From Octopus sinensis (lineage: Eukaryota), in NCBI RefSeq assembly GCF_006345805.1, contig NC_043022.1, positions 7,750,001-7,814,000 of the forward strand: a DNA stretch of 64,000 nucleotides. Direction: 5' to 3'. Of this stretch, positions 24,801-37,611 are shown piece after piece. Position numbers and translations under genes: made by a program. Numbering within the stretch: the stretch's first letter is position 1; each line of letters starts with the position of its first letter. The notes under the pieces were generated by a model. That model had not been told where the DNA came from. It did no database searches and saw nothing but the letters and a program-made list of their open reading frames with translations.

Positions 24801-25800
24801 TACATTCCTATATTCTAGCATCTTATACGAAATGGTTATGCAATTATTGTAGAGAGACAAAGATTCTAACTCAATATATATTAGTGATAATGAAGGACAG
24901 AAACAATAAGAATGATTTTGTTTTGTTTGTTGTTTTTTCCTTGAAATTACTTGTTGGTGCGGAGGCATATGATTGTTACATGTGTTAAAGTAAGTTGGAG
25001 TTGGTGTCTGAATTGGTAATGTCACGTCTGCCATAACAAATGACGTATTTGTTTACATAAAGACAAACTCGCAGAGAGATTCTCAAATACAGTCACGCGG
25101 GGATCTAAGAGTTTGTGTGTGTGTGTGCACGCGCTAGTGTAGTGTAAGTGTTTGTTTGTGCGTGTTTATGTGTGTGAGTGCGTGTGTCTATAATTATGTT
25201 TGTGAGTGCATGCATGTAAACGCGTGTGTGTATGTATATGTGTGTGTATATATATATATATATATATACATATATATATGTATATATATGTCTATGTATA
25301 TATACGTGTGTGTATATATATGTATATATATATATGTGTGTGTATATATATATATATGTATGTATGTATATAAATATATGTGTGCGTGATTTTCTTCATG
25401 TATCTTTGTATATATATATATGTATTATGTGTGTCTTCGTCTTTGCATTTTCGTATATATCCTTGCTCACACTCCATACTCCATGGGAACAAGTCTCTAA
25501 GGTTTGATAAAACACCATAGGAATACTTACAGTTGTTGTTGTTGTTATTGATAATACTTTTTGTTTTGCTGTTGTTGTTGCAGTTGTTGTACTTCAGGGT
25601 TTTTGGATTCATTTTCGGTTTGCTTCTTGTTTGTTTTTTGTTTTCTTTTTTTTCTTTTTTTTTTCATTTCGTGGAGTTTTTTTTTTATTTTTGTACTTTC
25701 GCTGAAAAACAAACTGAATCTAGTCGTAAATTATTAAGGTGTAAACACCGAGAATAGAAGATACTGATTGATATACGAGGGGAGAGGGACATGTAGGTAT

Positions 25801-25829
25801 GGGGGGAAGGGCAGGGTGAGGGTGTGGGG
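25801..25829 (+). other. Canonical G-quadruplex motif
   Basis: GGGGGG-AA-GGG-CA-GGG-TGA-GGG-TGT-GGGG. Confidence 0.6.
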
Positions 25830-26163
25830 TAGAGGAGCGAAGGTTGAAGCAGAGATGTAGGGATAAGTGGAAAGAAAATTTTGCGACCCATAAAGAAATA
25901 CAGGAAGTGGTGATGTGAAGAAATAAAGCAGAGACGAAAGAATGAAAGAAGAGAGGAAAGGAAAAAAAGCAAAGGGAGAAATAAAATGGTTTTAAAATGG
26001 CTTTCAAGACGGGAAAATTGGATTTGAGGGAATCATAGTTACACTTTTAGTATTTCATGCAAACCATACAAAAATACCGAAAGTCTTACTCGTTAACTAG
26101 GAGGTTTTGTTCTCTTTACAGACACACACACACACACACACCATATATATGTGTGTGTGTGTG

Positions 26164-26369
26164 TGTGACAATTATTCGGTAGCCATGATAAAACTCCGAG
26201 TTTCGGATGCCGAGGTGGAAATCCACGCCGCCATCTCTTCAGTTATACTATGAAAAAATATTTTCATAGTATTTTTCCGATGGCCTGATAACTGAAGAGA
26301 TGGTAGCGTGGATTTCCACCCGGCATTCGAAACTCGGAGTTTTATCATGGCTATCGAATAATTGTCACA
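26164..26369. mobile_element. Palindrome of two head-to-head HHR-bearing units
   Basis: Arms 26164-26246 and 26288-26369 (about 82 bp); each arm, read outward from the centre, contains CUGAAGA...GAAACUCGGAGUU-UUAUCA. Confidence 0.85.
26286..26347 (+). ncRNA. Type I hammerhead motif with extended stem II
   Basis: Stem I UGAUAA/UUAUCA, core CUGAAGA, stem II GAUG.../...CAUUC with inner GUGG/CCAC hairpin, GAAA, stem III ACUC-G-GAGU, GUU triplet. Confidence 0.7.
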
Positions 26370-26525
26370 TATTACATTTGCAGATAAATTCCCCTATTTA
26401 CATAAAATCGAGGTCTCTTTCATTCTTTTGTTATCTTACCATTTTTATCAATATATATATGTACATATATACACAAGGTCACGACATGAGCACCTACATC
26501 GCTAAAAAATGAAAGTAAAAAATAC

Positions 26526-26661
26526 TTTTTTGCTACCACTGAATAGTCACAAATCTGCTACAGACATGATCGGAAAAGAATTCAATGAAATTTCACTGAA
26601 ATTTTAATGTTTTCCTATCATGTCTGTTGTAGATTTGTGACTATTCGGTGGTAGCAAAAAA
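26526..26661. repeat. Fold-back palindrome, 52-bp arms
   Basis: 26526-26577 versus 26610-26661. Confidence 0.9.
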
Positions 26662-27177
26662 AAAAAAAAACAGGGTTAACTTAATGAAAACCGTTTGAAT
26701 ATATATATATATATATGCAATAATTCTAAAACCGAAAAAGCAATGCTTTTAGCTGTTGAGGGATGTAAGTTTTATAATTAAAACTAAATTCAAAATATAA
26801 ATTTTGGAACATTTTTTTATTTATTTCATAAAATAAGACCAGTTTTCAGGGCCTCAATGAAATAAATTTAAAAGTAAAAATATGTGTGGGGCGGTGTTTG
26901 TGTGTGTGTGTGTATGTGTATGTGTGTGTGTGTGTGTGTGTGCCTTTAACTGTGATTGATCAAACCAAGGTCATGAATCCTGTACTGAGCGCCACATGCC
27001 CTTTATAGCAGGGTCCCCTAGTACTTTCAGATGCCCGGGGCAATTGCCCCCTCCACACCCCTATAAACCCGGCCCTGCCAAGAGGGGAATATGATGAATA
27101 AAATCATAATTAACTGATCCTCCTGTATTTTCTTTTGCCCGAAGCCAGGAGCTTTGCAGTGCACCCTTGTATATATG

Positions 27178-27231
<54 letters not shown>

Positions 27232-27641
27232 GGATAAAGTTATTATTTTATTATTATTATTATTATTATTTTATTATTATTATTATTATTATTATTATCA
27301 TATCAGTGGCCAGCATGCAATTAAGAACCATTGTATTTCACTACGGAAATGTTTGATCGAAAAGCACACGGTGACACGGGCGAATAATTGGCCTTGCGTA
27401 TATAGTGGGATTGAATGTATGTATATGCATGTATATGCACGTATATGTACTAATACGGTGAATCTCACTGCTGATGGATCAGTATTCATTAGAGCCTGAA
27501 GTCGTTCGATATGGGATTTTCTGTTTATCCATTAAAGGTAGGCTAAATTTATAGTAGAATAAGCGGTTTAGAGTCTTTTTTTACTTCTATTTCTAGCATG
27601 TCAGTACTTTTTTCCTAGTACCCTTCATTTAGATTATATAT

Positions 27642-27684
<43 letters not shown>

Positions 27685-27687
<3 letters not shown>

Positions 27688-27869
27688 CAGATCGTTAGCT
27701 ACTACATACATTTTTTTCTCTCCTTGTTTTTTTCTGTGTACCTTTCTTTAGAAGAGCGTAGGCTCGAAACGTAAAATACTTTTTATATTCCTGAGCATTA
27801 TACTAATACATCTGTTTGTTTTGTACACCACCTGTCTTCGTCTTTTGTTTTTTTTTTCGTAAACTTTCC

Positions 27870-27870
<1 letters not shown>
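27685..27870 (+). mobile_element. (TA)n-embedded HHR-like element (core CUUUAGA)
   Basis: Family homology; (TA)n on both sides. Confidence 0.8.
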
Positions 27871-27905
<35 letters not shown>

Positions 27906-27928
27906 ATACATACGCACCTTCACACACA

Positions 27929-28056
27929 TACGAGGGGGGGGCTGAAAAGTTCCTGGCTTTAAGGGTGTCGCGAAAGGCCTGGTTGGAGACCCAACCTTCC
28001 GAGTTCTTTTACAGGGCTTAGGAAAACTGAAGGACCGTGCAATAAGTGTGTGAATC
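27929..28056 (+). mobile_element. Mariner-derived MITE, left part
   Basis: TA|CGAGGGGGGGGCTGAAAAGTTCCTGGCTTT terminus; family shared with 38504, 38964 and 46310; a right-end fragment lies at about 27085-27165. Confidence 0.75.
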
Positions 28057-28276
28057 TGAGAGGGGAATATGCTGAGAGACAGATTCTTTAATACACAACT
28101 ATAAGTGTGGGCTTTTGTGTTTGTATCTGCAATTCGTGGGTTAAGCTAATTTCATTAATTTAAATAAAGTTGCATACCGAAAATATGTTCATCAGACGGA
28201 ATAACAACAATAAATATAGAAAAATTACACACACACACACATACTTACACACATTCAGGTGCATACATACATACAT

Positions 28277-28680
28277 CCTGGTTTATACCTGTAATTATTG
28301 GGGCCCTGGGATATGTAACACACTGCCTAAATACCAATCTTGAGAAATTAAGCTTCTCAAAACTAGAAAGGAGAAAGCTGATTTGAAGACTACAAATTCA
28401 ATCCATCACTGGAATTATAAAAATCTGTAAAACTTTACAGAAGTTTATCATTTAAATATATATGAGCATGTCTAGATATGCAACTATATGTATGAGAATA
28501 TATGCATAAAACAAAACATATAAATCTGCACACATTCAAGCATATAGGTATACATACATTTATACATACAAAAATACCCTGTTGTTGATGCTGAAATCCC
28601 ATTGAAGGAGCCTTGAATCTAGGTTAGAAACCGGCTCTTTCTCTATTGGCCAGAAATTTCGAAATAAAACTGAATAATGA
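28277..28680 (+). mobile_element. 3' end of a restriction-like-endonuclease (RLE) non-LTR retrotransposon lying in (CATA)n
   Basis: FIPVIIGALGYVTHCLNTNLEKLSFSKLERRKLI*RLQIQSITGIIKICKTLQKFII*; 3'UTR ends AAACTGAATAATGA|CATAC; homologue at 48691-49040. Confidence 0.7.
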
Positions 28681-29386
28681 CATACATACATATATACACA
28701 CATACATACATACGTACGTAGATACATAGACACATTTTCATCAATAATATATACGACGCCTCAAGAGAAAATACGTTACTGACAGCAATCAGCAGACATC
28801 GTTCGTAGGTATGATAGAATTATAGATGAGAAGATGGCAAGAAGCAAAACAGTTAATAGTTTTAAATGTTTTCGAAGCAACCTAATCGCCGGCTACGTTT
28901 AAGCTAATTTCATCAATAGATAACACTTTACCATTCTCACTGTTATCATTAAATATTTTCTAGTGTGTTTCGTTTTAGCTCCCATTATATTTTATTAAAT
29001 CTACAGTACAAATAATCTTGGCAGAAAGCTTGATAAACTTGAGAATATTTCATTTTTAAAGTAATAATTGCTTCTAATTTAGAAACGAGGCCAGCAATTT
29101 AATTTTTTCTTTTTTTTTTTAACTGGAGTTTGCTATCTTTTTATATATAATTTTAACATTTTATCATACTACCGACCCCAATACTTGACTAATGATATGG
29201 TTAATCGATTGTGAAAAGAAAAAAAATTGGTAATATGTGCCAAAATTACGAACGATGATTGCTCTGAAAAAGACATGGTTTCTGCAAAGATACTTTCGAC
29301 TAAAAATTTATTTTCGATATATTTCCAAGGTATTTCTTTCCAAATAAACACACACACACACACACATTATTATTATTATTATTATT

Positions 29387-30961
29387 CTATGTTTGACTTT
29401 TGCTTTATGTCTGTACAAGTTGGCTCCAAGTCTCACCCAGAGACCTCAAGAGACAACAGGTTGGAAGTTCTGTGCCATATATTTGGTTTTTTTTTTTTTG
29501 GTGTTGTACTAGTGAATGTCTAATACATAAGAATAAAATAAAAAATTTTAAAAAATAAAATAAAATAAAATAAAATAAAATAAATAAATAAAAAAAGTTT
29601 GTTTTAAACCTTGGGATTACATAGAGAGTATTTTGCGTAGGATATGAGCAGTTCCCATGAGCACTATCTTTTGAATTTCTGCCATTTTGGGGTTTCCTGG
29701 TATCTGAGTTAGGTAGCAATTAGTCTCTTTCGCTATCATTCCCAGGGCACCTATGACAACAGGTATTGTTTTAGTCTTCAGCTTCCACATTTTGCTGATT
29801 TCTATTTCAAGATCTTTATATTTGCTCAGTTTTTGGTAGGTCTTGACAGATACGTTTATATCGATTGGGACAGTCATATCAATGAGGAGGCATGTTCTTT
29901 GTCTGAAGTCTTTCAATATGATGTCTGGCCTATTTGCATCTATCTTCCTGTCAGTTTGAATGGTGAAGTTCCAGAGGAGTGAGATGTGGTCATTTTCAAG
30001 CACTGGAGGTGGATTGTGTTCACACCAGTTTTTTTCATGGGGCAAATCCAGGTTTTTGCAAATTACCCAGTGAATATATTGTGCAGCTCTATCATGCCTG
30101 TTGAGGTACTCTGTAGACGCTAGAAGACTGCATTTGGAGACAACATGATCAATGGTTTCATTTTGATGTCGGCATACACGACATGTTGGGCTACTGCCGT
30201 TCATTAATATGTTGGCCTGGTAGTTTCTTGTTGGTAGGCATTGATCTTGAGCTGCTATGATAAACCCCTCTGTTTCAGATTTTAAGCCAGAGGCCATTAG
30301 CCATTGATGGGTCAGGGCTTTGTCGATATCTGCATTATTCGCTCTCTTTGGGTATTTGCCATAGAGAGGTTTTTCTTGCCATTTATTATTCAGAATATCT
30401 AAGGCCGCAGTTTGGGCACGGGTTTTCATGCGCTTAGCTTTTTCTGTGCTTGTTTCTTGTGTGTCTATCTCTAATTCCGAAATTGGTTGTATTCGGAATT
30501 CACTTAGATATTCCTTTGCCTGTTTTGTGACTGAGTATGATGCTTTCTTGTTTTCATGTTTTGAGACAAGTTTTAACATCCAGTCCTCAGTGTTTTTCAG
30601 GTAGGTGTCTAGGCCAATTGTAGCAATCTTCATTGTTATTGCCAGTTGTAAAAGACCACGGCCTCCCTCTTTTCTTGGCAGATAAAGTCGTTCTGTATCT
30701 GCCTTAGGGTGATGCATTCTATGCATTGTCAACAGTTTCCTTATTTTTCTGTCGAGCTGACATATTTCAGTAATTGACCAGTTAACAATATTGAAACTGT
30801 AAGTCACGACTGGTATAGCTAATGCATTGATCGCTTCGATCCTGTTTCTTGCATTCAGCTCTGTCTTGAGTATTGCTCTCACTCTTCGATAGCATTCTCT
30901 CCTGATCCTTTCCTTCATCTCTGAATGCCTTATTCCGTTCCCTTCAATTACCCCTAGGTAC

Positions 30962-30963
<2 letters not shown>
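29387..30963 (-). mobile_element. 5'-truncated R4/Dong-clade non-LTR retrotransposon in (TAA)n
   Basis: Intact ORF plus about 230-bp 3'UTR; (ATT)n at both junctions; a short 3'UTR-end copy lies at about 8426-8480. Confidence 0.93.
29617..30963 (-). CDS. Partial retrotransposon polyprotein: RT end, CCHC zinc knuckle, PD-(D/E)xK restriction-like endonuclease
   Basis: In-frame KYLG at 30963 upstream of the listed Met; LYLPRKEGGRGL; CRVCRHQNETIDHVVSKC; RHD; RPDII...LIDMTVP...KLSKYKDL; no internal stops over 448 codons. Confidence 0.92.
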
Positions 30964-30994
<31 letters not shown>

Positions 30995-31483
30995 GAGTGA
31001 GAGAGCAGTTCATGCCATCAAAGTGACACTGGGGTAAAATATACGAAGCCCAATATACTCATCATGACTACCCGTCTGATAAGGGTACACCAGGCACATG
31101 CATCACAACCATATGTGCGCGACATGGTGATCTCATATCAAGATAAACAGCACATGACCTTGCAGGTGGGGCCCAGTTAGAATTTTCTTCAGGTTGAGTA
31201 GCCCATCCCGCTCAAAAGGTCCCTGAATAAGGGTTGTTTAAGGATGTTGAAAGAACCACCCATGTTTCCAGAGGTGAATTATTCAAACCCCAAGAATCCC
31301 TCTCAACACATGGCTATGATGCTCCCCCACTACTTCTGCTCGTGATCAGAGATGCACATATCGTCAGCCACTAAGGGACATGCTCAACTGGTTAAGGTCA
31401 AACAACTGACAAGCAAATCTGTGGTATTGAGCAGAATATTTGCTGTAGCCCATCTTTTATACCAAGACAAAACAATGTACATG
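30995..31483 (-). mobile_element. Second (5'-truncated) copy of the 555-bp (TAA)n-embedded element
   Basis: High identity to 8552-9043. Confidence 0.85.
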
Positions 31484-31539
<56 letters not shown>

Positions 31540-31623
31540 TTGAATCAACATCATCATCATTATTATCATCATCATCATCATCATTATCATCATCAGCATC
31601 ATCATCATCATCATCATTATCAT

Positions 31624-32040
31624 AGGCGCAGGAGGGGCTGTGTGGTAAGTAGCTTGCTTACAAACCACATGGTTCCGGGTTCAGTCCCACTGCGTAGCAC
31701 CTTGGGCAAGTGTCTTCTTCTATAGCCTCGTGTCAGCCAGAGCCTTGTGAGTGGATTTGGTAGATGAAAACTGAAAGAAGCCCGTCGTATATATGTGTGT
31801 GTGTGTGTGTGTGTATGTGTGTGTGTGTATGTGTGTGTGTCTGTCTTTGTCCCCCAACAATCGCTTGACAACCGATGCTGGTGTGTTTACATTCCCGTAA
31901 CATAGCGGTTCAGCAAAAGAGACTGATAGAATAAGTACTGGGCTTACAAAGAATAAGTCCTGGAGTCGATTTGCGCGACTAAAGGCGGTGCTCCAGCATG
32001 GCCGCAGTCAAATGACTGAAACTAGTAAAAGAGTAAAAGA
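31624..32040 (+). mobile_element. SINE family A, full length
   Basis: GGCGCAGGAGGGGCTGTGTGGTAAG head, B-box-like GGGTTCAGTCCC, internal (TG)n, tail ...CCAGCATGGCCGCAGTCAAATGACTGAAAC then (GTAAAAGA)n. Confidence 0.9.
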
Positions 32041-32081
32041 GAGAGTAATCATCATTATCATCATCATCATTATTATTATTA

Positions 32082-32126
<45 letters not shown>

Positions 32127-32127
32127 G

Positions 32128-32315
32128 AAGGCGACAAGCTGGCAGCCTCGTTCGCACGCCGGGCAAAAGGCTTAGCGTCATTTCGTCCGTCTTTACGTTC
32201 TGAGTTCAAATTCCGCCGAGGTCGACTTTGCCTTTTCTCCTTTCGGGGTCGATAAATTAAGTACCAGTTACGCACTGGGGTCGATGTCCTCGATTATCCC
32301 CCTCCCTCAAATGTC
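32128..32315 (+). mobile_element. SINE family B
   Basis: Family homology. Confidence 0.85.
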
Positions 32316-32404
32316 AAGTGATGAGGAGACATCATCATTATTTTTATTATCATTATTAAGGCGGTGAGCTGGCAGAACCATTTCAAATTCTGAGGCGATA
32401 CTGG

Positions 32405-32707
32405 TTTCAGTCATTTGACTGTGGCCATGCTGAAGCACCACTTTTGGTCGAGGAAGTCGACCCCAGGACTTATTCTTTGGATGCCTAGTGCTTATACTAT
32501 CGGTCTTTACGGCGATGTAAACACACTCCCAGCGTATATATACACGACAGGCTTCTTTCAGTTTCCGTCAACCAAATCCAAATCCATTCACAAGTCTTTG
32601 GTCAGCCCGAGGCTATAGTAGAAGATACCTTCCCAAGGTGCCACGCAGTGAGACTGAACCCGAAGCCATGTGATTTTGAATCTAGTTTCTTATCACACAG
32701 CCACGCC

Positions 32708-32708
<1 letters not shown>
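32405..32708 (-). mobile_element. SINE family A
   Basis: Family homology; inverted relative to 31624-32040. Confidence 0.8.
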
Positions 32709-32779
<71 letters not shown>

Positions 32780-32819
32780 CATGCAGAGATGTAGAGAGAA
32801 AGGAACAAGCGTAGGAAGA

Positions 32820-32836
32820 ATGTAGTAGTAGTAGTA

Positions 32837-32872
<36 letters not shown>

Positions 32873-32873
32873 A

Positions 32874-32905
<32 letters not shown>

Positions 32906-32952
32906 TAGTACTAGTAGTAGTAGTAGTAGAAACAGCAGCAGTAGTGGTAGTG

Positions 32953-32995
<43 letters not shown>

Positions 32996-32996
32996 A

Positions 32997-33028
<32 letters not shown>

Positions 33029-33081
33029 TAGTAGTACTAGTAGTAGTAGTAGTAGTAGAAACAGCAGCAGTAGTGGTAGTG

Positions 33082-33117
<36 letters not shown>

Positions 33118-33240
33118 GAAGCAGCAGCAGTAGTAGTGGTAGTAGTAGTAGTAGTAGTAGTAGTAGCAGTAGTAGTAGTAGAGTAGTAGTAGTAGAAGCA
33201 GCAGCAGTGGTAGTAGTAGTAGTAGTAGCAGTAGTAGTAG
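32820..33240. repeat. (GTA)n/(GCA)n trinucleotide tract with about 120-bp higher-order periodicity
   Basis: Interruption pattern GAAGCAGCA...GTACTAGTA...GAAACAGCAGCAGTAGTGGTAGTGGTG recurs. Confidence 0.9.
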
Positions 33241-33604
33241 AGAAGCAGTGAGTTAGTCTGGCTCGAGAGAAGAACGAAAGAAAAAAAGTCATAAATGCTT
33301 AAAGGCAGATAAACAGACAAAGCCACTGTATATTGTCTTAAAGATTAGACCAGGTTTGTTATCTGTATCAACATCATCGCTATTTACGCCGTCATTTACA
33401 TGTCATTAGCACAATCAGACACATTCACGAGCAAGCGACCGTACGTCCACACATGCGCACATACGTTCGGATATGCGGAAACACAATCACACAGGCGTTC
33501 ACACTGGTGTACATTCTTTACATGCACAAAGCGTTGGACATAGACACGTATCTACTATCGTACACCATCAACGCTTTTTGACAACATCATTTACATGTCA
33601 TTAG

Positions 33605-33611
33605 CACTATC

Positions 33612-33647
<36 letters not shown>

Positions 33648-34343
33648 TACACGTACACACAATCTTATACCAATAGAGACACACACACAAACGCACACCA
33701 ACTCAGAAAACACACACACACCAATACACATACACACACGTACATACCAACGCTCATTCCCACTAACTCACATATACACACCTACACATACACTAGCGCT
33801 AGCACATACACCACACACACACACACTCACATACACGTACACACATTCTTATGCCAATAGAGACACACACATAAACACAAACCAACACACATACCAATAC
33901 ACATACACACACGTACACACCAACACACATTCCTACTAACTCACGTACTCACACCTACACATACACTAGCACTAGCACATACACTACACACACACACAAA
34001 CACACACACCAATGCACGTACACACGCACACATCAATGCACGTACACACGCACACATCAACAAACATACACATTCTAACAGACAAACAAACACAATCTCA
34101 AACACGCTCACACCTACTATCGCATACAATCCACCATCATCATACACATTCTGCACAATTACACACACACACACCAATACACATACACACACGTACACAC
34201 CACCACACATTCCCACTAACTCACATACACACACACACCTACACATACACTAGCGCTAGCACATACGCTACACACACACAAACACATTCTCAAACACGCT
34301 CACACCTACTATCGCATACAACCCACCATCATCATACACAATT

Positions 34344-34374
<31 letters not shown>

Positions 34375-34380
34375 GCATGC
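33605..34380. repeat. Degenerate (CA)n-derived tract with internal duplications
   Basis: CACCAATACACATACACACACGTAC and CAAACACGCTCACACCTACTATCGCATAC recur. Confidence 0.85.
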
Positions 34381-34589
34381 ATATGCATACACTCCCAGCG
34401 TTCTACCCCTTTCCACGAAATCCCACCGCCATATACCAACACCCGTCCAACACCTCAATCTGTCCCGATCCACCCGAACCAAACTTACCCGTAACATACC
34501 ACTAATTTACCAAACTCCAAAATATAAACATCTTATCGCCATTATTACTATTTCCACCATCGTTCCTTTCTTTCAACACCTTTCCGACT

Positions 34590-35170
34590 CCAAAGACCAC
34601 CACTACCACCACCGACACTACTAACGCCTCTACCACCACCACCATCACCACTACCGGCCAACATTATTACCACCACCACGACTACTACCAGTACTACTAT
34701 CGCCAAAACTACCACCACCACCACAACTACTAACACCACTATCTCCAGCACTACAACTAACGCCACCACCACCAACACAAACACTACTAACGCCACCACC
34801 ACCACTACTAACACCACACCTACCACCAGCACTACTACCGCCAAATCTACCTCAAGAGCTAACACCACCATCACCCCCACTACAACAACCACCACCACTA
34901 TCCCCTACCACCACAACCATCCCCTACCACCACCATCCCCCACCACCACCATCCCCCCCTCCACCATCTCCTACCACCTCCATCCCCTACCACCTCCATC
35001 CCCCACCACAACCATCCCCTTCCACCTCCATCCCCTACCACCACCATCCCCTACTACCACCATCCCCTACCACCACCATCCCCTACCACCTCCATCCCCA
35101 ACCACCACCATCCCCCACCACCATCTCCTACCACCTCCATCCCCTACCACCACCATCCCCTACCACCCCA
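34590..35170. repeat. (CCA/CTA)n tract followed by a CCACCATCCCCTAC-type minisatellite (34898-35170)
   Basis: Direct reading. Confidence 0.9.
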
Positions 35171-35732
35171 CCATAACCAACCGTCACTTTCCTTGCTTCT
35201 TCCGTTCAAATACCAATCTTTTAACAGTAACTAATTGCTGTCGTTATTATTGTTAACGGCGGCGGCGGTGGTGGTGATGGCGTTAGTGGTAGTGCTAGAG
35301 TTAGTGGTGTTAGTGGTGGTGGTGATACTGCTGATGATAGCTCTCGTGATAGTAGTAGTGGCAGTGGTGGTGGTAACAATGTTGGTTGGTAGTGGTGATG
35401 GTAGTCTTGGTAGTGGTGGTGTTGGTGGTGGTAGTGGTGTAGCTAGTAGTGCTGGTGGTGATGTTTGTAGTGGTGGTGTTGGTGGTAGTGGTTGTATGTT
35501 GATGTTAACGCTAGTGGTGACATGATTGATAGCAGTACTGTTGGTGACGGCGATGATGGCGGTGATGGTTGCGGTGGTGGGTGTGGTCGTTGTCGTGCTG
35601 TTTCTAACGTGCCATACATATTTGTTTCGAGTGTAAAGCTAAAAGAAAGACACCACCTATATAAACAAAGTAATTAACGGCCGCAAATTCTTCGACTTTA
35701 GGTGACGATCTGTTGAAATACATATCTGTCTA

Positions 35733-36160
35733 AGGCGGCGAGCTGGCAGAAATGTTAGCACGCCGGGCGAAATGCTTAGCGGTATTTCGTCTGCCGCTAC
35801 ATTCTGAGTTCAAATTCCGCCGAGGTCGACTTTGCCTTTCATCCTTTCGGGATCCATTTTTATAAAGTACCAGTTACGCACTGGAATCGATCTAATCGAC
35901 TTAGACCCTTTGTCTGTCCTTGTTTGTCCCCTCTATGTTTAGACCCTAGTGGGCAATAAAGAAATAAGAAACGTTAGCACGCCGGGCGAAATGCTGAGCG
36001 GTATTTCGTCTGTCGTTACGTTCTGAGTTCAAATTCCGCCAAGATCGACTTTGCCTTTAATCCTTTCGGGGTCGATAAATTAAGTGCCAGTTCCGTACTG
36101 GGGTCAATCTAATCGACTGGATCCTTACCCAAAACTTCGGGCCTTGTACCTAGATTAGAA
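35733..36160 (+). mobile_element. SINE family B, dimer
   Basis: Full unit then restart at AAAGAAATAAG|AAACGTTAGCACG. Confidence 0.88.
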
Positions 36161-36488
36161 ACGAATCTGTCTCACTCGCTCTCTGATTCTTTCTCTCTCT
36201 CTTTCTCTCTGTCTGTCTTTGTCTCTCTGTCTCTGTCTCTCTGTCTCTGTCTCTCTCTGTCTCTCTCTCTCTCTCTCACTCACTCTGTCCCTTTCCTCCA
36301 TGTCAGCTTTTCAGTATATCTAGTAAACCATTAATCTATCTATCTATCTATACATATTGTACATTGTGTACACACACCCACAAAAAAATATATATAGAAA
36401 GAAAACTATATATACAAACTATGAGATAGACAGACGTCTTGCGAAGTACGTCGTGTGAGAACATTGATTTTACCTCCGTTTCATTAAG

Positions 36489-36535
<47 letters not shown>

Positions 36536-36914
36536 CATATATATATATACATATATATATATGAAAAAACAAGTAAAAAATAGAAAATGCTAAAATAATT
36601 TTATAGTGAACATTTCAGTACCGGTTTCGGTCATTTTGAGACCTTTTCAACTGTAACGATTAAATAATTAAATTTAGAAAAATTAGAAGAAAAGTTTTTT
36701 TAAAAGAATATTTCTATAGTAGTGTTCAGATTTAAGTGGCATTCTGCCTTTCTCTGACTCCCTTGTTTGCACTTGTGTGTTCGAGGTAGTTGTGAGTTCT
36801 TGGTAGGGTAGTAGAGGGAAGGCTGGTGAGGAAAGGGGGGTGGGAGAATATATACAATGTTAGTCAAAGATATAACAGTTTACGTCCCTGTTACTTAACG
36901 ATTCGTCAAAAAGA

Positions 36915-37045
36915 GATCGATAAAATAAGTACCAGGCTTGCATAAAAGAAATAAACACTGGAGTGGATTTCTTCAACTAAACCCTTCAAGGCAGTGCTCC
37001 GGCATGGCCGCAGTCTAATGACTGAAACAAATAAACGATAAAAGG
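36915..37045 (+). mobile_element. SINE family A 3' tail
   Basis: AAGGCAGTGCTCCGGCATGGCCGCAGTCTAATGACTGAAAC. Confidence 0.7.
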
Positions 37046-37599
37046 TACACAGACTGACTACATCGAGAGAGTTTACAATGTGTTCATGTGTGTGTTGTGG
37101 GGGGGGGCAACTCCAATTGGCGGTGCTCTAGCATGGCCACAGCCCATAAGCTGAAACTAAGTAAATATATATATATATATATACATATATAAAGACTATA
37201 CTAGCTTTGCGTCGAAGATTTTACTCAGAGATTACACGGGGCCTACAAATATCTCTGTGGAATACTCAGCCTCTTACACGTTGATTTAACGAGTAAATAG
37301 TTTGGTTGATCAAACAACTGAACCGATGCTCGTCGTCGATACAGACGGAGAATCATCAGTACTACCACCATCAAACTTAACACTATGGCCGCTATACGTT
37401 ATAACGTGTGTATGTAGCCGCACGCGTGTGTGTGAGTATATTTCTTTCCATTTTCCTTTCTATGCATATATTTATACGAGTTCTGTATTTGTAAGCATTC
37501 GGGCCTGTATACATGTGTGTGTGTGTGTGTGTGTGTTTGTGTAAGCATGTGTGTGTATCTATGCCTGTGTGTAAGCATGTGCTTCCGCCACAATGATAT

Positions 37600-37611
37600 C
37601 AAGATGGCGGC
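37600..37611 (+). promoter_or_regulatory. Exact YY1 consensus site
   Basis: CAAGATGGCGGC in a short CpG-containing, non-repeat island (about 37580-37740). Confidence 0.35.

Noticed and set aside
32682-33326. Mucin-like poly-Thr/Ala ORF
   Set aside because: Pure (GTA/GCA)n repeat with no signal peptide or splice support.
36615-36660. HHR-shaped motif on the minus strand (CAG-UUGAAAA-GGUC/GACC-GAAA-CCGG-UA-CUG)
   Set aside because: Core has two substitutions (U3, A8); probably a decayed copy, not counted as intact.
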